This document shows positions 47,680 to 60,000 of a stretch of 64,000 nucleotides of DNA, one piece after another; the first letter of the stretch is position 1, and each line of letters opens with the position of its first letter. A model generated the notes under the pieces. It did no database searches, was not told where the DNA came from, and saw nothing but the letters and a program-made list of their open reading frames with translations. The position numbers and the translations under genes were made by a program. The DNA is taken from the NCBI GenBank assembly GCA_964035545.1, contig OZ037765.1:17856995-17920994 (forward strand), in the 5' to 3' direction. The stretch is from Bugula neritina (taxonomy: Eukaryota; Animalia; Bryozoa).

Positions 47680-50600
47680 TACAGTGCTTATTATTTTTAA
47701 TTTTCTACTAATAGAATTAGAAACGTTGGACTACACCTCAAGCACACTCTTTCTATAGAATGAAACAAAAACAAACAAAATGGTTATACCTACTAGTAAA
47801 AAGGTTTGTTGGTGCAGACTTGACTGATGAAGTGTTGCAATAAATATTGTGATTTCTTTTGGTGGTTCTTTTGCTGCATGTATTGTATATTTTGTTATAA
47901 ATGTATCTTTGTAAAAAAATTAAGTTTATTCTTGCCACATTTTTGTATAATAGAAAACATTGAGGCCTAATACATTCTAATGACAAAATAATTATTGACC
48001 TATTACTGTGTTACACATTCTCAATGCTTATTATTAACCAGCCACTTAGCATCTTACACAATATCTTACAACCATATGCATAAGTAGTTGCATGCTCTGT
48101 TTATCAGTGTGCCAAGCGGTCTAAAAATAATGGAAGAAAGAGGTGAGCTTGATACTTGAATCTTGTAATTAGGAAAATTTTCAATGTTTTGCAATAAAAT
48201 ATATTTATGAAAGTATTATGAAGCTGCAGAAGTAGCTACTGGTTGAGATGTCAGTTACCCATTCATACTCACGATTTTGTTATTTAACAGCAGTATGATG
48301 ATAGCCATTAAGATTGGTGAGCATTAATTGTCTTCTCCTGCATGTTTGTTGTTTATTGGACTGAAGGCTGAAGTAGAGCACATAAGGCAAGTAAAAGTAT
48401 TTTTTAATCGGTTTATAACTGGCTTTCACTTCTAAAAAGTGTTGTCGGACTATGAAATTAACCTTGTAATCTATTCACAAAGTACAATGTATTTGGGGGA
48501 TGCATGCAGATTTTTCTATTTATAAAGAAACTTATACTTTAAAGTTTAAAACAAATTAAACTTCTTTATATAATATACCTATAATATTATTATTCATGAT
48601 AATCATCATTTGAACTGCCTGAAATCAATCCAAGGAAAGAGGGTGAATATACTCTGAAGAGGCCAGTTTTGTTCTTGAGACATATTTAGAGATGGAGACC
48701 AAGTTGGTGTTCTGAAGTTGCTTTGTTTAGAATCATTATACATATTATGACGTGCCAAATGGTCCAAACTTCACTTATTATTTTATTTCTTATGCTCCCA
48801 ATAAATTATCTAGCCACTGTTATTTTTCATATGCTTATGAAAGTTTTCGTAGGTCTATAATCCGCTCTCATACCTCAATTATCCATGTTCCTATAGGATT
48901 AATATTGGATCATATGCTGTTATTATTCACTTTCAGATTATTCATTTTCCTTTCTATATAACTGTGCTCATTATTAACTCTTGTACCTCTATTATTCATT
49001 CTCTTATAGTTATTATTACTTCTCGTTTCCTTATTATATACTGCCTACTCTCACTCCACATCCCGGTAGCAGATATATAAGAGTCTAATTAACTTTTTTC
49101 CTGATATGCTGTGTACACCCTTATGTATGTGCATCATAGGGTATAAATGGCTCATATAATCCAACTCTTAAATTGCTAAACAAATTTGCTATCTTTTTAA
49201 ACTCAAATGTTCCTAACCAATTTTGTTGATCAATTTTTAACAGTTTGTGTATAACTGTTACAGTTTCAGAAAACACGCTATATTATAAATTACACTTCAA
49301 AGTCATTGCAGTCGACCCTGGGAGACATGAATCTAACATAAAAAGGAAAGCAACTCCAAAATACAGTGAAGACTCAAAATTTCTATTTTCATCAAATGCT
49401 GAATTGAGCAAAGTATTAAAGTGAATTAATTACGTTACAACTTATCTAGCTGCTAGCTTGCAGGTAGTTTAAAGGTTTATAAACTTGAAGATTTATTTTA
49501 TGTTAATTATTGAACTTGAATACTTGCTGAAAATTAAATTCACTTGAGTCATAACTCATACTGCCGTAAAAATATCCTTAGTTGAGCTGGCGGTGATTGT
49601 AAAATTTTACCCAAGTGCAAGTTTAGCAGTGTGCCACCCAAAGTATAAAAGTTGTGATATCAAGTCTCTGCTATGTCTTATCATTTTTGTATGCTGTAAT
49701 TTAAAACTCTCTTTTAACCTTATATACTAAAAATATTTTTGAACATGACTAGAAGGTCATAGGGGAAGAGGAAATTTCTGATGGCGTGTGCTGTTACGCA
49801 GTCATTTACATGAGTTTCCATGTATAGGTATGTGGGAAGACAGTTTATTTTAAACGTATAACTACAATAAATAACATGTTACTGGAATAGGATTCCTACA
49901 TTTGTTCTGCCTCCATGACAACTACACATTAATTTAATCTATGTCAAAGCTAGTATTGTGCAACTATTTTCATTTCAGAATGCCTGCATTAATTAAATAT
50001 ATGCTAAATGCAAAAAGGATACAGTATTAAAGTATTACATTACATTGCGCAAAGTCAGTTGCGTAATATTTCAAGAATTACCAGCATTTTGACAAACAGG
50101 CTTTGACATGTAGGCAACTAGTTGACTTTGATCGGATTACAGCAAATAATAAAAATGATTGACTTTTATATCAGATGAAAAATATAGGCACAATGTTATT
50201 TCAGATATATGCCTCTCTATTGATTACTAACCTGGCTATTCTTAATAAATGTATGGTTTGCCTGTGTTAAAGGAACATTATGTAGTTTAGTTAACTTCAA
50301 AATTAAAATGTCAGCAAGTTAGAATTAGACTAGCAATATAAATTATACATTATATTATTTTGTTGAAATGCATATATATAGGACCATATATGTACTTACA
50401 GTGACGTAAAAAGAAAGCTACTTGAGATATAAATTATTCATCAATCAATGTTTTGCCATGGATACTTATTTATGATTATATGTCTTTCTTTCACCCACCT
50501 TTCTCACACAAGTTGGGTGAAAAGATGAGGAGAGAACGGAAAGTAAAGGGATGCTGAAATCTAAAGCTTAAGCTGTTGAGGAGTAAAACAGTGTTGATCA

Positions 50601-52019
50601 TATATAACTATGAGCAAAATGTGCCCCATACTCTCATACAAAGATTTCCTTACTATGGACTAACATAATTTCAGTGATCAGAAATGAGTCACATGATGAA
50701 GCAACTGCTGAACAACAAACATTGCATTTGACATTTATTTCGCAACTGATAAGTGAGAATGATTATGTCACAACTACAGCCAGTGAAAGGATGACACATG
50801 GCAACTGCTGGAGATATGAATCTTTTTATATAAATTATAATGCATTTATAAAATGATTTCGTTGCTTCTGTCTGAATTGGGTTAAAATTTATTACAAGTT
50901 AGAAATCTAACAATTTCTAAAGAGTGACATGGACAGAGTTTGAAAGATTCACCTTCTTCATACCCTCTCCCCAAAGAAGCCTGGATTAGGTTACTCATTA
51001 CCAAGTTGGTATACCAGTTATAATGTATAATATTTCATAGTTTAGTATGGTGACTACATAAGTTACACCAGCATTGTTACCATTACTTTAAATTGTTTAT
51101 TGTCTGAAAACGACCATTTAAAAACTATAGGTAAAGAGTTGCTTTCCCATTTTTTCGTTTTTCAATTAGACATTAATGCCACCAATAAGATGTGCGCTCT
51201 GCACTCATTGGTTGGCGCAATGGACAATTCGCTCATTTACAAAAGTGGCAACTGTATAGTGAGTAAGTGAACTTCATAAAGTAGTGACGAAGGTTGGCAA
51301 TGTATTATCTAGGACTATAATATTAATTACTTTTGTTTGAAACTTTTAGTCATGCTTGCCACTAAATTGCTTTTCATTATAATATTGTTATAAAGCACAA
51401 CTACAGTTTACATTATACAAAACTAATAGAAAGTCACAAACTAGTTTATCATAAAACACTATAAATGGCAGGAAAACAATGGAAAACATATAATATTTTT
51501 TATCTTTGTCAATAGTTTGATTAAGTTCAAGTCATGATCAACAGCAAAAGCCTAATACTGTTTTGTTGAGGCTCGATACATATCTCTATATAAGAGCTAT
51601 AACTTATAATGGTGACCAGTAGGCTATAAAGGACTGCTGTTATATGCAGTGGTAGCAGCAGCAGCAGCGGCAGAGAAAGTATGAATCAACCCAACTCCTG
51701 ACGCCATCAATTAGACTCTGTCATGATAAAAATCTTTTGCAGAACGCCATTGCTCTAATCTATAGACCACAGTATGGTTTGGTATGTTTCGCTAACTTCT
51801 CTACAACAAATAATCAACATAATTAAGCCAAATTTATTAACATGCATAATTTAATCAAATATACTTATACAAATCAGCCAAACTTAACACCAAGTTATCT
51901 AACATATTTTTGCAAGATCCACTTTAGACAAAATTTTGCCGATCAATTTGACTAATTTAGCCAGACTTTTGCAGTATATATAATTTATGAAATTCTACTT
52001 TGAAAGTTTATTAATGAAT

Positions 52020-53045
52020 GAGATAGTGCTAGGCAGAAGCGACTCTACGCGAGTAGAAAACATTAGCCAATCAGCATTCACCAACAAACGCTGTAATTGA
52101 TTTACACCTGAATCCTTGAACTCGCTGCAAAAACAGGTCACTGTGGTCTGAAATCATAATGACGCAACAAATCTGTGAACCAGTCAGAGTTGACCCTTAC
52201 TTTGAACTATATCGGGAAGAGGACAGTGCTAGTAAAACAAAACTTTTCAAAATGATAAGAAGCTCAATTTTATATATTTTTCAATAAAATACTTAGTGAA
52301 ATAGGCACAGCTGCTATTTGACTCTATTGAGCTACTGCAATTTTAATCTAATAATAATTTTAATGAATAAATTTAATTTGCTGTTTTATCAAGTTTCTTC
52401 TATCTTTAATACGTATGATTAATATCTAAAATCTTTGAGGAATGCATTATCTTAAAAAAACTATAATTTGGTTGAAACTGGTTAGGTATGCGCAGCAAGC
52501 TTAGAGACATCATAGCGACTGTAACGATATTTTCAGGCGTTGACTGTTAAGTTTATTTAACTAATGACGCCACGAATAACAAAACATTGACCAATAGCAA
52601 CAAAGATAATAATACCATGACGCACTGATGCGGTCATACTTTTAGTAATAGAACAGGATCCACTTGAAGTCTAGCAGGTGCCCGCTTCATTCTCGCCTCC
52701 TGCGTACGTTGTCGTAAACTTGTTGCTGCTGCAACTACCAGATAGTTGAAACTTATAGATATAGGCGAAAACGTTCTCAAGCAAATACACTAGGTAATAG
52801 CAATTGGTATGTTGCGTTAGCGAGTTAAAATCTTTTTATCCTTGGTTTGTCTCTGCCTCTAAGTATACATGGAAATTTAAATACTAAAATAGTCACCATC
52901 TTGATCTTCGTAAAAACGAGTCTTTCTACTGGGCGAAATTCCGACTGATAACAATAGTGATTGTCCTAATGATAATGGTATTGCCATTGATTAATCATTA
53001 TGACTATTGGGTAGTTATTACCAATCAAAGCCAAAAACTGTAAGT
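52020..53045 (+). promoter_or_regulatory. Putative promoter and non-coding first exon of the zinc-finger gene
   Basis: The region is locally CpG-enriched, with CCAAT boxes (agccaatcag ~52066, gaccaatag ~52589) and TGACG half-CRE sites at 52160, 52565 and 52618. A donor aact|gtaagt at 53039/53040 could pair with the acceptor tttttgtag at 54193. Confidence 0.45.
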
Positions 53046-54205
53046 AATTTTAAATTTAAGTTAAAATTAGTGAATGAGTATAAGTATTAGTATATACTAA
53101 TATAAAATGATATTTTAGTGTAATAATTAATATCAATTTCAATTTGTGATTCAATCTTTACTGCAACAGTGACACTCGCACTTTGAATTACAGTTGCCGT
53201 TGGTGTTGCACAATTAAGGTAACCGTGTCAGTATAACTAAAATACTGAGTGTTGTTACTATTAGTATAAGTATTACTATTACATTTACTGTATTAGTTGC
53301 ACTAAATCCATCACTGTTACTGTTAGTATTACTATAGTAATACTATTAGTATCACCAGTGTGAGTATGTCTGTAAATTGTGATGACTAATAAATTTATTA
53401 GTATAACTATAAGTGAATAATATTATAAATTAATCATTATGATTAACCTAAATTTAATTCGAACAGTGATACTAATGTAGTATTATATTTATAACCATGG
53501 GTATCATTCTGGTCAAGTTTGGAGTTGTGACTGCCAGATTTATGTTGATTTTTTATATTGTATTGGTGCTATTTGTTATTAATATTCCCATATTTACTGG
53601 ACTGAGGATATGCAAGTGCAACAAACATTATGAATGACATAGCTTCAACTAATTGTAGGATAACAAAACAAACCTTTTTAAGGGCTGCATAAGGCATAAT
53701 ATAAAGATGGTGTTGGTATAGCTAAAAAATCTTATCAACAACTTATACTACTCAGTTAAATAATTTGCAAGGAATAACTGATAATAAGTCACTAAAATCG
53801 GTATGCCCTAACTAGTTTGAAAATCAAAATAATAATTCAGTTTTATGCTTTAGTACTTTTTAAGAACAACAAAGTATTTTTTGAATTTTAGACACTACTA
53901 CTAATAATAAATTTTGTCTTAAAATTCCAAATATTTCACGCCTAGGCGTTAGATCATGGTGGCCTTTTTTAAATGTGATTGACCTGAGCTCGTTCTGCAA
54001 TTTATTTTTGTCAATGTATCCTATACTCAACATGAAAAGAGTGCTTTCTTTAGTGCCAATTAACAGCTTTCAGAATTTTCTCTATGTGCCCAAGAAGTGA
54101 TCGGGTAAAGCATACAATGATGTAAGCAAAAGCCCTATGAATATCAGGTATCCTTAGCAACAAGGTTTTATAATATATTGAGTATTTTTGTAGATTCCAG
54201 TGACA

Positions 54206-55594
54206 ATGCAGCAAATAAACTCCATGACTAGTAGTAGTTGGACAGGTACTGTGAAAGAAGAGTTTGATGAGAAGCAATACACTGGAAACCAAAATACATT
54301 TCGATGTTCACATTGTAGTGGGAGATACCCTAATTCAAATCTCCTAGTCCAACATATGCGTGCCGAGCATTTGCACTCAGCTGAGGCAAGGATAACTCAA
54401 GCAAGAATGGCTGGAGTTTCAGAAAAGGTTGCATCTCAAATTAACAATGAAAAATATCAAAACTCAACAGCGATATGCCCATTTTGCCATTATGATTGTC
54501 ATACCCGGAAAAAACTGATGAGACATTTAGAGACCGAGCATAAAGATGACAATGAGCAAGATGGCCCAAATTTAAAAGTAATAAGGATTGAGTCTTTAGA
54601 TGAAGGGAAGAAAAAAGACCTACTTTCTCAATTAAACAATACTGGTCCATTTGTCACCCCAAATTCGTCTCAATCAAAAATTGTTCAAAACTTACTAAAA
54701 GCCTTTGGAACATCAAGTAGTACATTCAACACTGGAAGTTCGAAAGTAGACAACAAAGCCACTAACAAGTTACCATATAAATGTTTTTGGTGTGAAGCTT
54801 CATTCCGTAAAAGAGGAAAGTTAATGGATCACATAGACACATTACACAAAGACAACAAGCAACAAAATCAAGCTGAAGCTGATCGATTGAGTGTTTCCGA
54901 TCCAAACAAATCTCCATTTTCAAGACCAATGCTTAATCATCACAGTATGTCTTTGTCTCAGCTAGACATTCCCAAATATTCATCTGGAATACCAGGGTTT
55001 ATGGCAATGCCATCTCCCATTCAACATAGATCCCCACTTCCTGAGTATAAATCCTCAACTAATAAATGCTCGTTTACTCTGGTTGGTTCATTGATTTCTA
55101 AACCTAATCAACCAACTGAGGAACCTATTCGATCAAACATCTGTAAGTTCTATTTACGGAAAAAAGACAATCCGTTAGCTCAACTTAACCATGGGAGAGA
55201 AATAGCAGAAACTAAACTGAACCCAACTACATTTTCATTGCCACCAAATATGTTGGAGGGTAGAGGTAGTTCAACTTCACAATTTAATTTTCCGTACAGA
55301 ATGATGCAGCCAGCCAGCACCATGGCTGCTGCTATGCAACAGACCTACATGATAAACATGCGATCTCCTCTGCTAGATGCAACACAATTTTATGCACCAC
55401 GGATGCCAATGATGATTCCTAGCTCAGATTATTTAGTAAACCCTTCTCAAGCCATGCTAGAACATCAGTCACAGAGTACTCCACAAGCTCAACTTTTTGC
55501 TAGAATGAACCACGTATTAGCTCAAATGAGTCCATTAACCCAACCTAAGTCTTCGGAGTCTCCATTGGATCTCACTAAATCTCACATTCAGTAA
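54206..55594 (+). CDS. C2H2 zinc-finger protein (3 dispersed fingers) with a C-terminal PLDLT CtBP-type motif
   Basis: The 462 aa ORF runs from ATG 54206. Fingers are CSHC..HMRAEH, CPFC..HLETEH and CFWC..HIDTLH, followed by an M/Q/P/S-rich tail ending SESPLDLTKSHIQ*. A splice acceptor lies at 54193 and AATAAA near 55661. Confidence 0.9.
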   Translation: MQQINSMTSSSWTGTVKEEFDEKQYTGNQNTFRCSHCSGRYPNSNLLVQHMRAEHLHSAEARITQARMAGVSEKVASQINNEKYQNSTAICPFCHYDCHTRKKLMRHLETEHKDDNEQDGPNLKVIRIESLDEGKKKDLLSQLNNTGPFVTPNSSQSKIVQNLLKAFGTSSSTFNTGSSKVDNKATNKLPYKCFWCEASFRKRGKLMDHIDTLHKDNKQQNQAEADRLSVSDPNKSPFSRPMLNHHSMSLSQLDIPKYSSGIPGFMAMPSPIQHRSPLPEYKSSTNKCSFTLVGSLISKPNQPTEEPIRSNICKFYLRKKDNPLAQLNHGREIAETKLNPTTFSLPPNMLEGRGSSTSQFNFPYRMMQPASTMAAAMQQTYMINMRSPLLDATQFYAPRMPMMIPSSDYLVNPSQAMLEHQSQSTPQAQLFARMNHVLAQMSPLTQPKSSESPLDLTKSHIQ

Positions 55595-57091
55595 TGCTCT
55601 CCCACAACAGAATATAAAAGTTCCTAGCTGACTCAACCATTTTAACTAGAATGGAAATGTAATAAAAAATCCTGTTCTTCATTTGTTAGCAATTCACTTA
55701 ATTTTAATAGCCTTTGCATAACCGAAATTATTAGTAGTCATCTAATTGGTGTAATAGAATTATTATAATATATTAAAAGTTTAATTTATATCTGTACAAA
55801 TATATTATTTTGTATAAAAGGCAAATTTATGTTGCTCTATATGTGGTTTTTGATTTTAAAGAATAATTAGGACACCATGTACCAAGTCGAGAGTTAAGTG
55901 TTTCTAAACTTAAATATTTTCTCACCATTTTGTGTGGTGCAAAGGGGTTTAGAACAAATTTTTGAAATATCCTATGGATAAATCAAAGTTTACAAATCAG
56001 GTCAACTGTTTTCACTAGGCCCATTTTTGTATTGTACAGAACATAATTGCAGCTATCTAATTAAATACTCTCCGTTATGTTTTTATTAAATTGGAAATTC
56101 TACTTTAAGTAAATTATGTCCTTAAAAACTACTTCTGTGATAAAAACTAATTCACCTAATAGTTTTCGGAACTGTTTTTTTACTCAGCTAGCTTTCTTTG
56201 ATTCTCCTCCAAGTAATAAGGTAACATTTGAAATTAATTTATTTTAAAGGTATCCGGTAAAAAGTATAAAACAAGTATTTATAATAGGCAAAGTACATAT
56301 TAGCCTTTCAAATTGCATTGCACCAGTACTCATGCATTTCTAGTGACAGTATTTGAACGCTCAAAAAAGCTCTGTACCTCTGAATGCATTTAGAATAAGA
56401 ACCACAGGCATATATAAACACATGGAATATAAATTTTACAGTTAAAGAGTATTGTTGATGTTTTAATTGTATAAAATGTCATCATTCACCCATTTCTTTC
56501 TTTATAATGCAGGTATTTTGTAATAATTCACAGTAAAACTCTGCAGAATAAAGTCTCCTTTACTGCAGATTATTTCAGTCGAATATCCATGCTAGTTTCT
56601 CTGTTATAAGCTAGAGTTTGAGTGGAATGTTGGTACCACCAGGTCAATGGTTTTCTTTGTAATCGCACCTCTACATAGAATATCATAAACTGTGAGTCAC
56701 TTATGTTGAAACATAAGAAATTGTAGACGAAAATTTCTAACAAGTCAACCGGCTCATCTTGTTGAACCTGTGCTTGCTAGTCTCTGGCCTGGTAAAACAA
56801 TGTATAAAGGGAGAGTTATTTATCTTAGGTAATTTAACTGGCCTGGTGCCAAGCTAAGTTCGTAAATTAATATAATTAAGATATATACACCCTTGCAACT
56901 TGAGTTTATTGCTATGGTTATTCAACCGAAAAAAATTTAGATGAGTTAATGCAACTGAAAATCATTGACGGACACACATTTACTCAGCAAAACAGATAAC
57001 CCTTTTATTTGTTTCTTAAGTTACGTATATGCAGATTAGCTAAACACAATGCAATTGATGACGTACATACAAGCAGGCAGGATCCAGGAAG

Positions 57092-60000
57092 TCAAACAAC
57101 CAGCAAGACTATGTATGTGTATAATGGTAAGACAAGGTTGTCAATGTGTTGAGTGCAGGACTCCAGTATAGCAACCATCAGTAGTTTGCAAGACAAGACA
57201 GCTGCTTCATTCACTAGAAATAGAGTACAAATAGTTGTATTCCATTAGATCTTGAAAATAAAATATTATGCTCAGGTAGTTGGCCTTGTAGTCTGCTCTT
57301 TTTTAGAAAACATGTTGACAAGAGGGGAAATGTTGACATGCATAAACAAACTACACAATTAGTGTTGAAATATTGCAGTTTTGAAACAGCCGAAAATAAT
57401 AATAGACAGGTTTAACTATTATCTGACTGTCATACAATGTTTCTGTATAAATAATTTCAATATTGCATACAGTAACAGTTCGCTTGCAATTTGGTATTAT
57501 AAAAATTTCTCAGATAGATTTTTGGCATTCTCCAATTTGTCCAAAGCAGCTGTTAGCTCATGGAAATGATGAATTCCTTCTGCACAGTGAAATGGCTCCA
57601 TCACTCTTTGTCAACTGGTGTAGAATAACCTTTGTCTAAACTTGGTTGGAGAGTGTTTCCCAAATTTAATAGATTTGAGAATATGATTCAGGCATTCAAA
57701 GCCATGTGATCAACCCAGCCTGGATACTAGCTCAATACTACACAGATTTAGAAGAACCACTCTTTCCTAATTGTGTGAAAGCCTGAAAATTCATGGAAAT
57801 ACTTGGAGGAGGGTTAGAGGTGTAGGTTTAATATCACACTGGGTACAGTGTGCATGCATAAGTTTTAACTATAGTCACACTTTGGGGTGTTAGTATTCCA
57901 ACTAGAACTATCAATGGGAAAAGAATGTTGCTATGATTACAATGCCTCAACAGCACAATATGCAATAGCCAAGCCTACATTATGATCACTGAATGCCCCA
58001 AGCAGTGAATCACATCAGATTACTATTTTACCATATGCCACCATTGCCAACTATCAGTATGACAGCACAAGTAGCCCAGCATTAGTTTTAAAAATTCATG
58101 TGTTTTGCAACAAATAGGAAAAAAACCTTGCCGAGTTAAAAATGAACATGCCTATAAATACATAAAGCAGTTAACCTTGGAGCATTGGCTGAAATCAGCT
58201 TTAAATAGAAAAATCAATGCAGCATTTATTTGTTCACATTTACAAAAGTTATAAGTTGCTGGAAACAATAATAACCGGCTTAAATTACATTTACCTTTAA
58301 ACAATAGCGTCATAGTTCACCCAATGATTCAATAACGGAGTCTAAAAATAGCAGCATGCTGTTTGCTAAGCAGTTAAGCTAACAAAGCAACTAGTGAGAA
58401 ATTCAATATTATCAAGGGTAGTATGATTACATCACACAACTTCACCTTCTAATAGGATACACAGTAGACTGGTAGCAGCTGGCTGACCTAAATATTTATC
58501 ATCACTGACTGCTGGGTACCAAATGTTCAGTAGCAGGTCTCACAAGAGAAATTCTATTCTCTAGCACATCTTGTGTAACATGACAAGAATCGACAGCTGA
58601 GCTGCTATTTATAATATTTACAGGCTAGCCCATCTAGTCCTCAACAAATGCTAGGATTATTAGCTGACTAGTAGGCTACTAGTTGCACTAGTATCCGCTT
58701 GAGTGGTCAACATAAACAGTAATTTGTTGCTTAGCTTTGTATGATGAATTTATAAGGATAGAATGTCTAGTAATCAATCATAACCTCCTAATGTCGTAAA
58801 CATAAGGCCTGGCTATAATTATTGAGGCACTTTCCTAAAAAATGGTACTTTACGTCATCACCACTTTTAGAAATGGTAGGCTGAGCAACTTTAGAATGTA
58901 TTTACAATTAACCAGCACATTAATGTATTACTCTATTTCCAGTGAAGAGTCATGAGTTTGGCAGGTTTTGTGGCTTCAAAGGTCATGGCTTTCTTGGAAG
59001 GGATCAGGTATTTGGTCATCTTACCAACTCTAATGTAAAATTTGATCAAGTTGGGATGCTCTATTTACTTTAAAAATTCCCTTCCTGTCCATTGTATAAT
59101 AACAGGCAGTTTATGCTCCTGGCAGCCAAACTAAATGGTATGCAGAGGTAAGTAACTTTGGCACAATCAAATACGGATCTAAGGCTACCCAGAGCACATG
59201 TTGGCACCTTAGTTGACATTGATTGGAAATGCAGGAATTGGGCTATCAGTTCATATCTGGATACTAGGCAAGCACCGTCACAAGACATGACACGGGATTT
59301 TACACTCTGTAGTGTATTACAAGCTAAGTCAGATCCTTATCTACCATAAAAATCATAAGCCTACCAACGTGACGCAGGCTTTATTACTACAACTGGCAAA
59401 CTATTCTAGCATGACATCATCTGTGTAAAGCGTTAGCTACAACATCTCCATCATAATCACATGATGTGTTCCATTGCTAAGCACTGTTATGTGGGCAGAT
59501 GAATAAGATCAACTAAGAGTAAGTAGCAAGTAGTGGACTACTAAAGCCAACTTCTCAATGAGGTCAAAGGGATGCTGAACAAACAAATAGTAGGAACTTT
59601 AGAAATGCCTACGTCAAATGCACCTCCATGAGCCTCATTATACTGTGGACAATGGATTAACTTATATTTACCTGCAGGCAAATATAGCATGTAGGAAAAT
59701 AAGGTCATGGAAAGCCAAGCTGCCACTGTGCCCTCCACTGTTTTCTTACTACCTACAGAAAAAACAGTGTGAACTTTATAATGCTAGCAAAAGAACAAAC
59801 TAATTTCTTATTATATAAACAGAATGAAGTTGATTTTGTCTTGTGAAGGGTTATCCTGCGCTGCAACCTATGAATCAACTAGGGTATGACACAAACGCTG
59901 ATTGGAGCATAGCATGAGAGTGATAATGATGACATACCATTATCAATCATGTGATTAGGACCAGAGAGTGATATAACCACAAGGCTAGGCTTACATACAA

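Noticed and set aside
57530-57790. Possible decayed LINE coding fragment
   Set aside because: The three minus-strand frames are all interrupted by stops, and the resemblance to reverse-transcriptase motifs is too weak to call.
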